In this document: positions 10,297-20,915 of the stretch, piece after piece
Position numbering within the stretch: position 1 is the stretch's first letter
How the letters are laid out: each line of letters begins with the position of its first letter
NCBI GenBank assembly: GCA_900547775.1
Contig: URHW01000003.1
Coordinates: forward strand, 3,874-67,873
Direction of reading: 5' to 3'
From: an uncultured Mycoplasmatota bacterium
GTDB lineage: Bacteria; Bacillota_I; Bacilli_A; RF39; UBA660
DNA: 64,000 nt
The notes under the pieces: generated by a model
Told to the model about the DNA's origin: nothing
Databases searched by the model: none
Seen by the model: only the letters and a program-made list of their open reading frames with translations
Position numbers and translations under genes: made by a program

Positions 10297-10950
10297 TTAA
10301 GATTTGCAGCCAGCAACACAGTAGTACAGATTGTTTGTTTGGGTTTTGGTGTAATTATTATCTTTAAATTCGTAGATGTATTCGTATACGGTTATTTGAT
10401 CGTTATATTCATATAAGTGATTGTCTTTTACAATGAAAGTATTTATGGTTTTAACATCGCTATCTGTGTAATTATTAAGTTTGTCATAGTTTACTATTCC
10501 GTATTGATAGTCATAGTCTAAATCTAATACAAGACTAAAGTATTTATCGCTTTTATCGCCTTTTATAATAAGTAATCTATCGTTTGGTAAGGTGTATAGG
10601 AAATAGTTATAATACTTATCTTCTGAGATAAATGTTCTTTTGAGATCGCCACTTAGTATTTCTTTACACATTTTTTCGTCAAAGTTTATTAGGTCAAGAA
10701 TTACTGATGTTAAATGTGTTCCGTTTGCTTCCATGATTAGTACGGAAGTTTTGCCAGTGTTATATATGGATAAGTTGTAGTTCGTTTCACCTATTTTTTT
10801 AGTTGTTTTACAGATGAGATTATCCTTTGTAGTTGGGTTATTGGTATTATTAATTTTACCAAAGTTAATCACGTCTGTTACACAGAGAATTGCGAATATA
10901 ACTCCGCAGATAGTTAAGGATACAATTCCACCAAATATACTATTTTTCAT
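10297..10950 (-). CDS. Hypothetical membrane-anchored protein
   Basis: N-terminal TM helix; no recognisable motif. Confidence 0.35.
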   Translation of the reverse strand: MKNSIFGGIVSLTICGVIFAILCVTDVINFGKINNTNNPTTKDNLICKTTKKIGETNYNLSIYNTGKTSVLIMEANGTHLTSVILDLINFDEKMCKEILSGDLKRTFISEDKYYNYFLYTLPNDRLLIIKGDKSDKYFSLVLDLDYDYQYGIVNYDKLNNYTDSDVKTINTFIVKDNHLYEYNDQITVYEYIYEFKDNNYTKTQTNNLYYCVAGCKS

Positions 10951-10996
10951 AAGTCACCTCTATTATGAATATAGCAAAAAAAGCAGTTTCTTTCAA

Positions 10997-13261
10997 CTAC
11001 TTCTTCTTAAATAGGTATTTTTTTATTTCACTATAGTTGCTAGTATGAATTAAAGCCATTTCTTTTAGGATAAATAGGGGTAAGTCTTTTTCATCTTCGA
11101 TATTGCCTTGTGGAAGATAGATGGTTCTTATTCCAGCATTGTAAGCAGTGATTATTTTTTCTTTTAGTTTGCTTACTTTAAGGATGTTACCATAGAGATC
11201 GATGTTACCAATTAAAGCAATATCACTTGAAATTTCTTTATCATTGATTAGGCTTAGGATGCTTGTAACTATGCCGGCTGATCCACTTGCACCATCTATT
11301 GTAAGGTTTGAACCACTGAAGTTTAGGTATAGCCCTTTTTTCTTTAGGTCTAATAGTCCTTCACTGTCTAGGTATGCTAGGCAAAGGTTTACAGCATCTT
11401 TTAGTTTATCACCAACATTGCCAGTTATGTTTAATGAGTTATAGTTATTATAAGCGGCTTGGACTTTTAACATGGTACCACCAAATGGGGTTACACCGAT
11501 GATATTAACTTCACCTACTTTATTTGTTTTACTGTCATTTGTATAAAGTTTATTTCCTAAAATAATCTCTAAATCACTTGGAGTTATTTCTTTTATTTTA
11601 TTTATTACTAGGTATCTTACTACTTTATCTAGTAATCTGTTTAGTTCACGAACGCCAGATTCCACGGTGTAGTATTTAATGATATCGAGGATAACATCTT
11701 CATTTATTTCTAGTTTAGTATTGTATTTAGAGCAGATGGTATTAAGGAGGTACATTGATGCGATGTCTTTTTTATCATAGATGGTATAACTAGGTAAGTA
11801 GATAAGTTCTAGTCGGTCTCTTAAGATACTTGGTATTTCTTTGGCATCATTAGCAGTTAGAATAAATAAACATTTTGATAGGTCAAAGGCTTCTTCAATG
11901 TAGTTGTCGGTAAAGTCTTTGTTTTGCTTACTATCTAATATGTCTAAAAGAACGCTTGCAGGATCTCCTTTATAATCTTTAACTAATTTGTCTACTTCAT
12001 CAAGTAAGATGACTGGATTGTTAGTTTCACATTTGATAAGCGAAGAGATTATTTTTCCAGGAGCAGATCCTAAATATGTACGGCGGTGCCCAATAAGTTC
12101 AGAAGAATCATTAAGACCGCCTAAACTTATTTTAGTAAATTTTCTTTTTAGAGCAGTAGCAATGGTTCTTGCAATACTAGTTTTACCAATACCAGGAGCA
12201 CCAACTAAACAGATAATGGGATTTTCTAAATCAGGGTTGTTCTTTTTTAAAACAGCGTACTCAATAATTCTAGTTTTTACTTCTTCTAGGCCATAATGGG
12301 TCTTATCAAGTTCTTTTCTAATCTTATCCTTACTAGTTTCTTCTGTGCTACTTTGATTATATGGAAGTGATAAAAGAGTATCAATGTAAGTTCTAATCAT
12401 TGATATTTCAGGACTACTTGCTGGAGTGTATTCATATCTTTGTAATTCATTAGATAGTTTTCTTTTGACTTCTTCAGGACAATTAAAGTTATCAATTTTA
12501 TCTTTTAAGTCATTAAGTTCAGTTTCTTTGGAAGAGGATACTCCTAGTTCTTCATTGAGTTTACGAATGCGCTCTTTAATAACAAACTCTTTTTGTTCTT
12601 TAGCAAAACTTTCTTTGATTTCTTTTTCAATTTTACCATCAAGTTTAAATATCTCAAGTTCGATATTAATCTCTTTAATAAGTGCCTTTGCTCTTAAGAT
12701 ATCATCAAACTCATTCATATAATATATTTTTTTATCTTTGGGTAATCTTAAAAATGTTACAACAATATCAGTAATATCTCCTAGAGAAGCACTGTTATTT
12801 ATTTTAGTTATAATACTATTATCTATTTCTGGATTAATTTTAATATAGGTATTAACTAACGATACTAATCTTTTTCTTAAAGCTGTCTCTTCTAAGGTTT
12901 CACCTTTATCAATGTAAAGCATCTTGGCATTTCCAATAAGAATACTTTTATCATTAGGATAACTTTGGTAATTATTTATTTTAACTCTATTAAGACCTTT
13001 AAGGACAACACGATAATTATTATTTGGTAAAACAATCTTTGAATTAATTAGAGTAAGAACTCCACTTTTAGGTAAATCTGTTATTGTTGGTGACTCCTCT
13101 AAAGTATTAGACGGTAAAACAATTAATACTTTATTGGAAAACTCTATAGTACTTAAATCAATAACTTTTTTAGATAACTCATTATTAAGTTCAATACGGA
13201 CTTCTTGGGAAGGCAATATAGTAAGTTTCTTAAGTAGTAAAACAGGAATATTTTCTTTCAT
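10997..13261 (-). CDS. lon: ATP-dependent Lon protease (LonA-type)
   Basis: N-terminal LON domain, Walker A GAPGIGKTS, AAA+ region, C-terminal protease domain; start taken at MKENIP (GGGGGAAG RBS) rather than track MFGGRY. Confidence 0.85.
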   Translation of the reverse strand: MKENIPVLLLKKLTILPSQEVRIELNNELSKKVIDLSTIEFSNKVLIVLPSNTLEESPTITDLPKSGVLTLINSKIVLPNNNYRVVLKGLNRVKINNYQSYPNDKSILIGNAKMLYIDKGETLEETALRKRLVSLVNTYIKINPEIDNSIITKINNSASLGDITDIVVTFLRLPKDKKIYYMNEFDDILRAKALIKEINIELEIFKLDGKIEKEIKESFAKEQKEFVIKERIRKLNEELGVSSSKETELNDLKDKIDNFNCPEEVKRKLSNELQRYEYTPASSPEISMIRTYIDTLLSLPYNQSSTEETSKDKIRKELDKTHYGLEEVKTRIIEYAVLKKNNPDLENPIICLVGAPGIGKTSIARTIATALKRKFTKISLGGLNDSSELIGHRRTYLGSAPGKIISSLIKCETNNPVILLDEVDKLVKDYKGDPASVLLDILDSKQNKDFTDNYIEEAFDLSKCLFILTANDAKEIPSILRDRLELIYLPSYTIYDKKDIASMYLLNTICSKYNTKLEINEDVILDIIKYYTVESGVRELNRLLDKVVRYLVINKIKEITPSDLEIILGNKLYTNDSKTNKVGEVNIIGVTPFGGTMLKVQAAYNNYNSLNITGNVGDKLKDAVNLCLAYLDSEGLLDLKKKGLYLNFSGSNLTIDGASGSAGIVTSILSLINDKEISSDIALIGNIDLYGNILKVSKLKEKIITAYNAGIRTIYLPQGNIEDEKDLPLFILKEMALIHTSNYSEIKKYLFKKK

Positions 13262-13329
13262 ATATCTTCCCCCAAACATTGTTCTTATTATATATTTTTA
13301 AAACTTATTTGTAAACCCATAATAAGAAA

Positions 13330-13358
13330 AAAGTCATAAATAATGAATATCTATGACT
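13330..13358 (-). terminator. Rho-independent terminator after A2
   Basis: AAGTCATA-13 nt loop-TATGACTT hairpin followed by TTTTTTCTTATT on the minus strand. Confidence 0.55.
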
Positions 13359-13365
13359 TTAAAAA

Positions 13366-15243
13366 TTATTTTACGATGTATGGATTTTCACTGGTACCAT
13401 TTCCGGTTACGTTGGTAGAGGGCTTAAGAGAAATTGAAGGACGAACTGCGCAAATGTTGTTCACGCTGTTGTTGAAGATGCTGCTAATGCCGCCGGAAAC
13501 GAACCAAGCGATAGCGAAGTCACCATTGAAGCCGATAGGAGACAAGGACCACCAATTATCACCAGTAGCATTTTCTTGTAAATATGTAGTTGTATTTTGT
13601 AATCCCAATGCATATCCTGCATATGCTAGTTCATCTGCTGTTATTAAGCCTACTTTTGAATTTATTTTATTTAGTTCTCCATTACATTTTAAACTAGGGC
13701 CCGTGCCACCAGCACCACCACTTGTACTTATTAATCTTTGTGTAGCACCATAATATGTTATATTTTTTGCATATCCTGAACCAGTAACATTCCTCCAACC
13801 CAAAGGATTATAAGTTTTATCTGTTACATTTGTTTTATCATTACACCATATTGTATCAGCTATTTTATCAGCATAATCTTTTAAATTATTTGTATACCAA
13901 GTTTCTAAATTAGTTAGTATTGTACTATTATTTGTATTTGCATGTGCACTTGGATATTCACTAGCACCAGCAGTACCATACTTAAATCCTACATATGCAT
14001 TATCATTATAGTTTGCATTAAATACACTTTTGTATGTTGTACCAGAGTATCTTGCAAATGCTGCACTAGCACTATTATTTGCAGAATCACAAGGATTAGC
14101 AACTCCTGCTGCATTATCATTATGTAAGATAAGTTTTATTGAACCATCTTCACTAATTCTTACTATTCTCCAGCATTTATTAGCAAATTGTACGTAATTA
14201 TTTTTTACTGCTCCTCTAAAATAATAACTTGTTCCATAATCATCTTCTGTACTCGCTAATAAGGCTTCGGTTTTATTTTTATTGGTACATAAGGGTTTAT
14301 ATGTGAAACTACTTGATGTAGCGCTTACTACATAATATACGCAATTTAAATTAGTTGTAGTCATCATTGTTCCAGCAGTACTTGAACCAAAACTGTATTG
14401 TTCTCCATGAGTTAAATATTTACCTACTAAGTCAGAATATGAATTAGCATATGTATCACTTGTTACTGCTATTCCTGTTAAATTAAATTTTGTACCATTT
14501 GCTTCCCAGCCTGTTCCATAGGTTATATAATATGCTTGATATTTTGATGATACACTTGTAGTTCGACTTTCGGCATCATCTAAAGTATGTGCACTCACTT
14601 CCTTTCCAGGTGTAGTTATTGGTGCATTTACTTCATTTTTTGCTAGTATAGTTTCTGAAAAAGTAGATGTAGTAGGTGCTTTATCACTTGTTATCTCTAC
14701 ATGAGCACTAAATGCTGCTCCTTGATTTGCGTTTTGGCTAGTTGCTTTCTTAGGATAATATATCTTTAATAGATATGTATGTTTTGCATTATTTGCTTTT
14801 ACAAAGTGTCCCTTACCTAATTCAATAGATGTACCCGTAATATCAGTTTTTGATATTGTTGGTATAACTTCTCCATTTGTACTTGTATTAGTACTTACTA
14901 GTTCATATTGTAATGGATCATCTGTTTTAAATGTGTTTGAGTCTACTACTAAAGTTAACTTATAGTACATTTCAGCATCTGTTGTATTATTACCAGTTAC
15001 TGTTATAGTTTTTGTAGCCCATACATCATCTTTAGGATATATTCCAGCTAGATCAATATTTGCTCCTCCATCATAAGTTATTTTCATTGTTCCGGCATCA
15101 GCTCTTACTGTAGTACTATTTTCAGAACTCATTCCAGCAGTAAAGAATGCATATGTTGCTCCAATAAAGATTATTGCAACAAGGATTCCAATATATAAAT
15201 ATATTTTTTTAAATTGTTTATCCATTTTACTATCTCCTATCAT
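13366..15243 (-). CDS. Family A protein A2: camelysin/TasA-like N-module (type II) plus conserved C-terminal domain with hypervariable block
   Basis: N-terminus YAFFTAGMSS…AGTMKITY resembles SipW-cognate signal and TasA/CalY start; first 185 aa homologous to ORF 46350-46907; C-terminal 300 aa paralogous to A1/A3. Confidence 0.7.
   Translation of the reverse strand: MIGDSKMDKQFKKIYLYIGILVAIIFIGATYAFFTAGMSSENSTTVRADAGTMKITYDGGANIDLAGIYPKDDVWATKTITVTGNNTTDAEMYYKLTLVVDSNTFKTDDPLQYELVSTNTSTNGEVIPTISKTDITGTSIELGKGHFVKANNAKHTYLLKIYYPKKATSQNANQGAAFSAHVEITSDKAPTTSTFSETILAKNEVNAPITTPGKEVSAHTLDDAESRTTSVSSKYQAYYITYGTGWEANGTKFNLTGIAVTSDTYANSYSDLVGKYLTHGEQYSFGSSTAGTMMTTTNLNCVYYVVSATSSSFTYKPLCTNKNKTEALLASTEDDYGTSYYFRGAVKNNYVQFANKCWRIVRISEDGSIKLILHNDNAAGVANPCDSANNSASAAFARYSGTTYKSVFNANYNDNAYVGFKYGTAGASEYPSAHANTNNSTILTNLETWYTNNLKDYADKIADTIWCNDKTNVTDKTYNPLGWRNVTGSGYAKNITYYGATQRLISTSGGAGGTGPSLKCNGELNKINSKVGLITADELAYAGYALGLQNTTTYLQENATGDNWWSLSPIGFNGDFAIAWFVSGGISSIFNNSVNNICAVRPSISLKPSTNVTGNGTSENPYIVK
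13447..13536 (-). other. Putative DGR variable region (VR) of A2
   Basis: Same 30-codon block as in A1/A3; contains AAC AAC AGC GTG AAC AAC; variation versus paralogs at codon positions 1-2 only. Confidence 0.6.
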
Positions 15244-15293
15244 AATTAAAAGTATAAAGCATTATAGTTATTTTTGCAAACAAAAAATAGAGC

Positions 15294-15854
15294 TTATGCT
15301 CTACTTGAATATTTACCATCTTTAGTAGTAATTAAAATCTTTTCTCCTACTCCAATAAACATAGGAACTTTTACTACATAACCAGTTTCAATTGTTGCAT
15401 CTTTCATGGCATTGTTTGTTGTGTTTCCTTTAACAGCATCAGTTGTTTCAATTACTTCATAATCCACTTTTTCTGGTAAAGTAATTCCTAAGATTTCACC
15501 ATCATACATAGATACTTCAATTTCTAAGTTTTCTTTTAAAAAGTTAACATCATCACCAAGTACACTTGCAGGAATTTCTAACTGACTGTAATCTTCATTA
15601 TTCATAAATACATAGTTAGTTCCATCATTATATAAATATTGCATGTGTAATTTATCTACGTGTGCTTTTTCTAATTTTAAGTTTGTATTAAATGTTTGTT
15701 CAACAATAGAACCAGTCTTAAGATTCTTATATTTAATTCTTACGAAAGCAGGACCTTTTCCTGGTTTAACATGTTGGAACTCAACAATCATACATAGGTT
15801 TCCATCAAGAATAACAGTCATACCATTCTTGATATCATTTATATTTATATTCAT
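15294..15854 (-). CDS. efp: Elongation factor P
   Basis: EF-P sequence with KPGKG loop (…QHVKPGKGPAFVR…). Confidence 0.9.
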   Translation of the reverse strand: MNININDIKNGMTVILDGNLCMIVEFQHVKPGKGPAFVRIKYKNLKTGSIVEQTFNTNLKLEKAHVDKLHMQYLYNDGTNYVFMNNEDYSQLEIPASVLGDDVNFLKENLEIEVSMYDGEILGITLPEKVDYEVIETTDAVKGNTTNNAMKDATIETGYVVKVPMFIGVGEKILITTKDGKYSSRA

Positions 15855-15873
15855 ACTATTTTACTCCTTACAA

Positions 15874-16041
15874 TTATTTCTTTTCTTTAAATACTTGAGT
15901 TTTGCCACATGTCTTACAGAATTTCTTAATTTCTAGCTTATCTGGAGTATTAGCTTTATTCTTTTCTGTAGGGCGAATAAAATTACCACAAACAGTACAT
16001 TTTAACTCAACAGGATTACGGTTTTCATTTTTCTTTGCCAT
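15874..16041 (-). CDS. rpmG: 50S ribosomal protein L33
   Basis: Manual minus-strand translation MAKKNENRNPVELKCTVCGNFIRPTEKNKANTPDKLEIKKFCKTCGKTQVFKEKK; Cys4 L33 pattern; AGGAGG RBS; not in ORF track. Confidence 0.8.
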   Translation of the reverse strand: MAKKNENRNPVELKCTVCGNFIRPTEKNKANTPDKLEIKKFCKTCGKTQVFKEKK

Positions 16042-16329
16042 TTTAATTTTGCCTCCTTTTTTAACTCGTTAGTATTATAACATATCTCTTAAAGTTTAAG
16101 CAAGTATTTACAGATTAATTTGTAATATTTATAACAGAAGATACGGGTATAATATAATTTTTATTGTCTAATTTCATTAAAGTATTATATATATTTCTAG
16201 ATAAAAAAACTCCTCTAACTCTTATAAGTAAAAGCTTCAGGAATCTTTTATTTCTTGCAAATTTAAGACTACTTTAAATTAGTCATAGTATGTGCTTTAA
16301 ATTAGTCATTATAATCTGTTTCTTATCTC

Positions 16330-16524
16330 TTAATATAGATGCCAAACATATCTAACTTTTTCAATTGCATTATAATCTTTACAATATACATGAGTTTCTG
16401 CGCTTGTTTTATCGAAGTTATGGCATACTTTTTCTTCTGGCATATTTTCTATTTTATATAGAGTTAGGCCTCCTAATAGTGCTAGTAATATTATTATTGT
16501 ACAAGGTATAATTGATTTTTCCAT
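16330..16524 (-). CDS. Small hypothetical membrane protein
   Basis: 64 aa, N-terminal TM, three Cys. Confidence 0.3.
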   Translation of the reverse strand: MEKSIIPCTIIILLALLGGLTLYKIENMPEEKVCHNFDKTSAETHVYCKDYNAIEKVRYVWHLY

Positions 16525-16553
16525 ATCTATCCTCCAAGGATATTATAGTATTT

Positions 16554-18485
16554 TTAGAGATACTTTTCAATGATCTCTTTACTAACCTTGCTTATTACTT
16601 TACGATTTATTGGGTATTTATATTCGCTATTTTTGTTTGAGTATTTGATATTAGGACTTACTATGACAATGCTTATTTTGGGGTTATCGTAAGGAAAATA
16701 TGTTCCATAGGTAGTACTTACTGTTTTTAGGTCTACTATGCCATCGTTATTAGTGTCTATGAATGATTCACTGGTACCAGTTTTACCTGCACTTTTTACT
16801 TTATTCGAGACATATCCATAACCGGTACCACTATAGTTTACTAATCTAAAGCCTTCTCTTATTTCGTTTAGGTCTGTTTCATTTATTGGTGGAGTGCTTA
16901 GGACTTCATTTTTATTTTTTGAATACACAGAACCATCTTTGTTTAAAACCATATTAAGAAGTGATAATTTGTTTCTTTTAGATGTTGCGATGGTGTTAAT
17001 ATAACTTGTAAGGGATATTGGGGTATAAGTGTCATACTGACCTATGGCCATGTTAAGAAGTTGATCGTCAGTTATACTAGTTCCTTTATAACCAGTTCCT
17101 TCATTCATTAAATCAATGCCACTCAAAGTACCTAATCCATAGTCTTTTAAGATGTTTCTATATATTTCAAAGTGTTCTTTAGTAGCTCCTATATTCATAC
17201 CTCTTGTATATTTTTTACCAGTTAGTTTGATTGCTAAGAGATACTGATAGTAGTTACTACTCATTCTTAAAGCTTCTTTGGCGTCCATATAACCTAGACT
17301 TTTCCATGAACATTTATCTTTAGTAGTTCTTAGTTTAACACATCCATCTAAAATCTTCTTTTGAGGAATTAAATCATATTTGTAACCAACTGAAATGGTT
17401 GCTCCTTTAACTATACTACCTGCGACGTATGAATTAAAAATATTTTCATAACTATAATCAACAAACTCCCCATTATTGGTAAGTTTTCTGCCAGCCATTG
17501 TAAGGATACTTCCATCATTTGGGTTACTTATAATAACAAAGGAAGTATCAAAGTATTTACTATTTGGGTGTTTCTTTGCTAATTTTATTTCTTCTTCTAG
17601 AACGCTTTCAGTATATTTTTGCAAGTCAATATCAATATTTAAAACGATATCTTTACCCATTTCTTCTTTTTCAATTAGTTTAAGGTGATTATCATTTATT
17701 TCGTATTTGGCTTTTTCACCTTTTAAATATTCATCATAAATATATTCTAGATTACTAATGCCTACCCTGTCACTTAGGTTATAACCCATTTTTAGATATT
17801 TGTCTTTGTATTCTTTTGGAATCCCCTGTTTATAGGTTGATACAGAACCAAAGACTTCCCTTAAGGTGTTTCCGTATGGATAGAATCTCTCCCACGTTAT
17901 ATCAGTTCTAATGCCTTTTAAATTCGCGGCATTTATTTTTTCATATTCGTCATCTGTAAGATTTTTTTTGATAATTTTGTCTTCATAACTATAACCATTA
18001 TTCATTTGATTAAAAAGAGCACATATATTATCGTTTACGCTTTCGATTTCTTCATCTGTAATAAGACTATATTTATAGTTGTTGAATTCTTTTTTATTTA
18101 TACGTCTTTCTTTATATTTTGTTTTTATTTCTTCTCCTATACGGTTATTTATAAGAGTATCATTTTCAATATAGAAACAGTATCTCTTTGCCTCTTTATT
18201 GGATGTTAAATTTAATATTATGATGTCATTTAGATTACGGGCAATATCCATGGTTTCTTTGGTACTTATTGATAGTTTGTTAAAGACTAGGCTTTTAACA
18301 CCAATGTTATTTACTAAGATTTTACCATTACGATCTAGGATTCTTCCACGAGGGGCAGTAAGTCCATAAATATACCCTTTTTGATAAGTGTGTTTATCTT
18401 TTAAACTTAGTAGTCTGTATGAGGAAATGGTTATAAAGATTAGAAGAATTATCAATATTTTTTTCATATAATTATTATGGCTCAT
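16554..18485 (-). CDS. Penicillin-binding protein, class B transpeptidase
   Basis: N-terminal anchor; transpeptidase motifs SxxK (SIVK), SSN, KTGT. Confidence 0.8.
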   Translation of the reverse strand: MSHNNYMKKILIILLIFITISSYRLLSLKDKHTYQKGYIYGLTAPRGRILDRNGKILVNNIGVKSLVFNKLSISTKETMDIARNLNDIIILNLTSNKEAKRYCFYIENDTLINNRIGEEIKTKYKERRINKKEFNNYKYSLITDEEIESVNDNICALFNQMNNGYSYEDKIIKKNLTDDEYEKINAANLKGIRTDITWERFYPYGNTLREVFGSVSTYKQGIPKEYKDKYLKMGYNLSDRVGISNLEYIYDEYLKGEKAKYEINDNHLKLIEKEEMGKDIVLNIDIDLQKYTESVLEEEIKLAKKHPNSKYFDTSFVIISNPNDGSILTMAGRKLTNNGEFVDYSYENIFNSYVAGSIVKGATISVGYKYDLIPQKKILDGCVKLRTTKDKCSWKSLGYMDAKEALRMSSNYYQYLLAIKLTGKKYTRGMNIGATKEHFEIYRNILKDYGLGTLSGIDLMNEGTGYKGTSITDDQLLNMAIGQYDTYTPISLTSYINTIATSKRNKLSLLNMVLNKDGSVYSKNKNEVLSTPPINETDLNEIREGFRLVNYSGTGYGYVSNKVKSAGKTGTSESFIDTNNDGIVDLKTVSTTYGTYFPYDNPKISIVIVSPNIKYSNKNSEYKYPINRKVISKVSKEIIEKYL

Positions 18486-18521
18486 TTTTAAAAATTTAAC
18501 ATATAATATAATGGTGAAAAT

Positions 18522-18773
18522 ATGAATAATCTAATAAGAAGTTACATTAAAAATTTAAGTGAAGAGGATGTGCGCTCTTGGAGTGCTAGAAAAGGAATTC
18601 TTTTAACTGATGATGAGGCTGAGTATGCTTTTAAGTATATTAAAAATAATTATGATAATATACTAAATAATCCAGCTAGTTTTAAAATTGAAGATCATGA
18701 AAAAAAGTTTTCTGAAGAAAACTATCAAAAGTTAAAAGAATTAGTTAAAGAATATATAAAATATTTAAAATAG
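18522..18773 (+). CDS. Small hypothetical protein
   Basis: 83-aa ORF, one of very few plus-strand genes; no motif recognised. Confidence 0.3.
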   Translation: MNNLIRSYIKNLSEEDVRSWSARKGILLTDDEAEYAFKYIKNNYDNILNNPASFKIEDHEKKFSEENYQKLKELVKEYIKYLK

Positions 18774-19628
18774 TTCTTTTAAGTTAGGATTAAATTTATT
18801 ATTTCTTAACTCTTCTATTTCTTCTTTATAAGGAGCCTTTCCATTAATATAAGGTGTTTCTAGAATTTTAGGAACATCTTTTAAGCGTTCTATATTGCAT
18901 ACTTTAGATATGGCATCAAAACCGATTGTACCAAAGCCGATATTTTCATGTCTATCTTTTCTAGCACCTAATGGATTTTTACTATCGTTTATATGGATAC
19001 AGTGAACTTTATCTAGGCCAATTTCTCTGTCAAAGATGTTTAAATATATTTCAAAGTTATTGATATCTACGCCTGAATCATTTAAGTGGCAAGTGTCTAA
19101 ACATACGCCTAGTTTATCATTATTAACACTTTTAATTATATATTTAAGTTCATCAATATTAATGCCAAGTTCTGTTCCTTTGCCCGCCATGGTTTCTAAT
19201 AGAATGGTTATGTCTTCATCGCCTTCTAAAACTTGTTTTAGGGCATTTACAATGTTGTCTAGTGCAGTTAATCTATCTATTCCTACGCTACTTCCTGGAT
19301 GAAGAACGATATATTTAACACCTAGTTCATGACATCTAGTTATTTCTCCTTTTAAGAAATTTTTACTAAATTCGTATTTACTTTCATCTTTATTATTAGC
19401 AAGGTTTATTATATAAGGAGCATGGCAGATGACATTTTTTATATCTATATTATGTTCTTTCATTACTTCTAAGGCTTGCGCTGTGTATTCTGCATTTATT
19501 TTACTTCGAACTGTATTTTGAGGTGCTCCTGTATAGAACATAAATGCGTTTGCATTATAACTTATTGCTTCTAAAGCACTACTTAATAATTGTTTACCTG
19601 AAAAGGAAACATGACTACCAATTATCAT
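18765..19628 (-). CDS. nfo: Endonuclease IV (AP endonuclease family 2)
   Basis: Full-length similarity to Nfo (…HGSYLINLA-like, metal-binding His/Asp/Glu pattern). Confidence 0.85.
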   Translation of the reverse strand: MIIGSHVSFSGKQLLSSALEAISYNANAFMFYTGAPQNTVRSKINAEYTAQALEVMKEHNIDIKNVICHAPYIINLANNKDESKYEFSKNFLKGEITRCHELGVKYIVLHPGSSVGIDRLTALDNIVNALKQVLEGDEDITILLETMAGKGTELGINIDELKYIIKSVNNDKLGVCLDTCHLNDSGVDINNFEIYLNIFDREIGLDKVHCIHINDSKNPLGARKDRHENIGFGTIGFDAISKVCNIERLKDVPKILETPYINGKAPYKEEIEELRNNKFNPNLKELF

Positions 19629-19706
19629 TTAAATCACCAAGTAAATTATAAAATAAAACCTTTAAAAGGGCAAGAAAAAAACGTTACATGAAGTAACGCT
19701 TAATAA

Positions 19707-20222
19707 CTAACTACCTGCTTGTTCATTTGTAGATGGTGTTGATGTACTGCATGTTGCACTTGCACAAGAACTAGTAATACCACCGCTTCCATTAGCAATA
19801 TTACTACTAGTATTTAGATCAGTGTATGTTGAACCTTTAGTACTGTAACTATTATCTGTTAATGTAACACGATAAGTAGCTTCTCTTTTATCGTCCAAAG
19901 AAACCGTAACATAGCCTTTAAAATTTCCAGATGAAGTAAGGCCTATACCGGCAAGTGTATAGCAATAACAATTATCGTTTATTTTTTTTCTGTTGTCATC
20001 ACTAGTATTTGTTGGTAATGTTCCAAGTAAGTCTTCTGATTGGAATGTACTTTCTGCATTACCTAAGGCTCTTTGAGCATAGATTTTAAATGAACCTTTT
20101 TTAGCGTTATTCATACTTTCTACTACGGCTGGAATTGCAATGATCATAATGATTGCTAAAACTACGATAACCGCTAGTAACTCAACTAATGTAAATCCTT
20201 TTTTATTACCTTTTATTTTCAT
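19707..20222 (-). CDS. Type IV pilin / pseudopilin-like protein (ComGC-like N-terminus)
   Basis: Prepilin class III signal KGFTLVELLAVIVVLAII with Gly-1, Phe+1, Glu+5; Cys/Ser/Thr-rich C-terminal tail. Confidence 0.7.
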   Translation of the reverse strand: MKIKGNKKGFTLVELLAVIVVLAIIMIIAIPAVVESMNNAKKGSFKIYAQRALGNAESTFQSEDLLGTLPTNTSDDNRKKINDNCYCYTLAGIGLTSSGNFKGYVTVSLDDKREATYRVTLTDNSYSTKGSTYTDLNTSSNIANGSGGITSSCASATCSTSTPSTNEQAGS

Positions 20223-20303
20223 TTTTAAGTTCCCTACTTTCTATTAATATTATAAATTAATAGATTTTTATTGTCAATGTCTTTTTCTTACTTTTAAAAT
20301 ATA

Positions 20304-20525
20304 CTATTTCATGATTTTTAGGATAGATGATGCTGTATCTAAAGTATCTAGTACACTTTCGGTTTTACTCATTTTTTTGTTTCTTTCTTCGCTTTTAAAG
20401 GCTTTGGTAAATTCTTTATAGTATTCTGGATTTCTATTTAGATATCTATAGAAGTAAGAATTTCTTTTTAGGAACTCATATTCTTTGGGGTTCTTTTTTA
20501 TTTTTTCGATTAGGCCAAATTCCAT
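20304..20525 (-). CDS. Small hypothetical protein
   Basis: 73-aa basic ORF. Confidence 0.3.
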   Translation of the reverse strand: MEFGLIEKIKKNPKEYEFLKRNSYFYRYLNRNPEYYKEFTKAFKSEERNKKMSKTESVLDTLDTASSILKIMK

Positions 20526-20870
20526 TTAATCACCAAAGAATTTGTCCATTGCACGTGGAGTTTTAGGGGTTACTATATTAGTATTTGTAGTAGGTTTATT
20601 GGTAAGTTCTTGAATGACATTAATGGCTTTTTGAGCATTGTTAATGTATTTTTGAACGTTATCCATATTAATGTTTTTAACAAGACTTGCTAGTTCACTT
20701 AAAGGTGCTGCCCGATCTTCATCTTTAAACTTATTCCAGGCATTTTCATCTTCTCCATAAAGGTCGTATATTTCATATAAATCTTGCCAAGATGTTTCTT
20801 TATTTTTCACTTTAGTAACTAAGTATGGTTTGCTCCTTATAAATTCTCTGAAAGCATCTTTTTTATCCAT
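20526..20870 (-). CDS. Small hypothetical protein (possible YlbF/YmcA-like)
   Basis: 114 aa, size and helical character; weak. Confidence 0.3.
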   Translation of the reverse strand: MDKKDAFREFIRSKPYLVTKVKNKETSWQDLYEIYDLYGEDENAWNKFKDEDRAAPLSELASLVKNINMDNVQKYINNAQKAINVIQELTNKPTTNTNIVTPKTPRAMDKFFGD

Positions 20871-20915
20871 ATAAAAACCACCTAGTAAAATATATTCATT
20901 AAGTGGTTTTTTATG

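Noticed and set aside
13447-13536. A2 hypervariable block as the DGR template repeat itself, because it retains several AAC codons
   Set aside because: It is in-frame inside a coding gene with a full VR context. It carries many non-AAC variable codons. A TR should be non-coding or near an RT and far richer in AAC.
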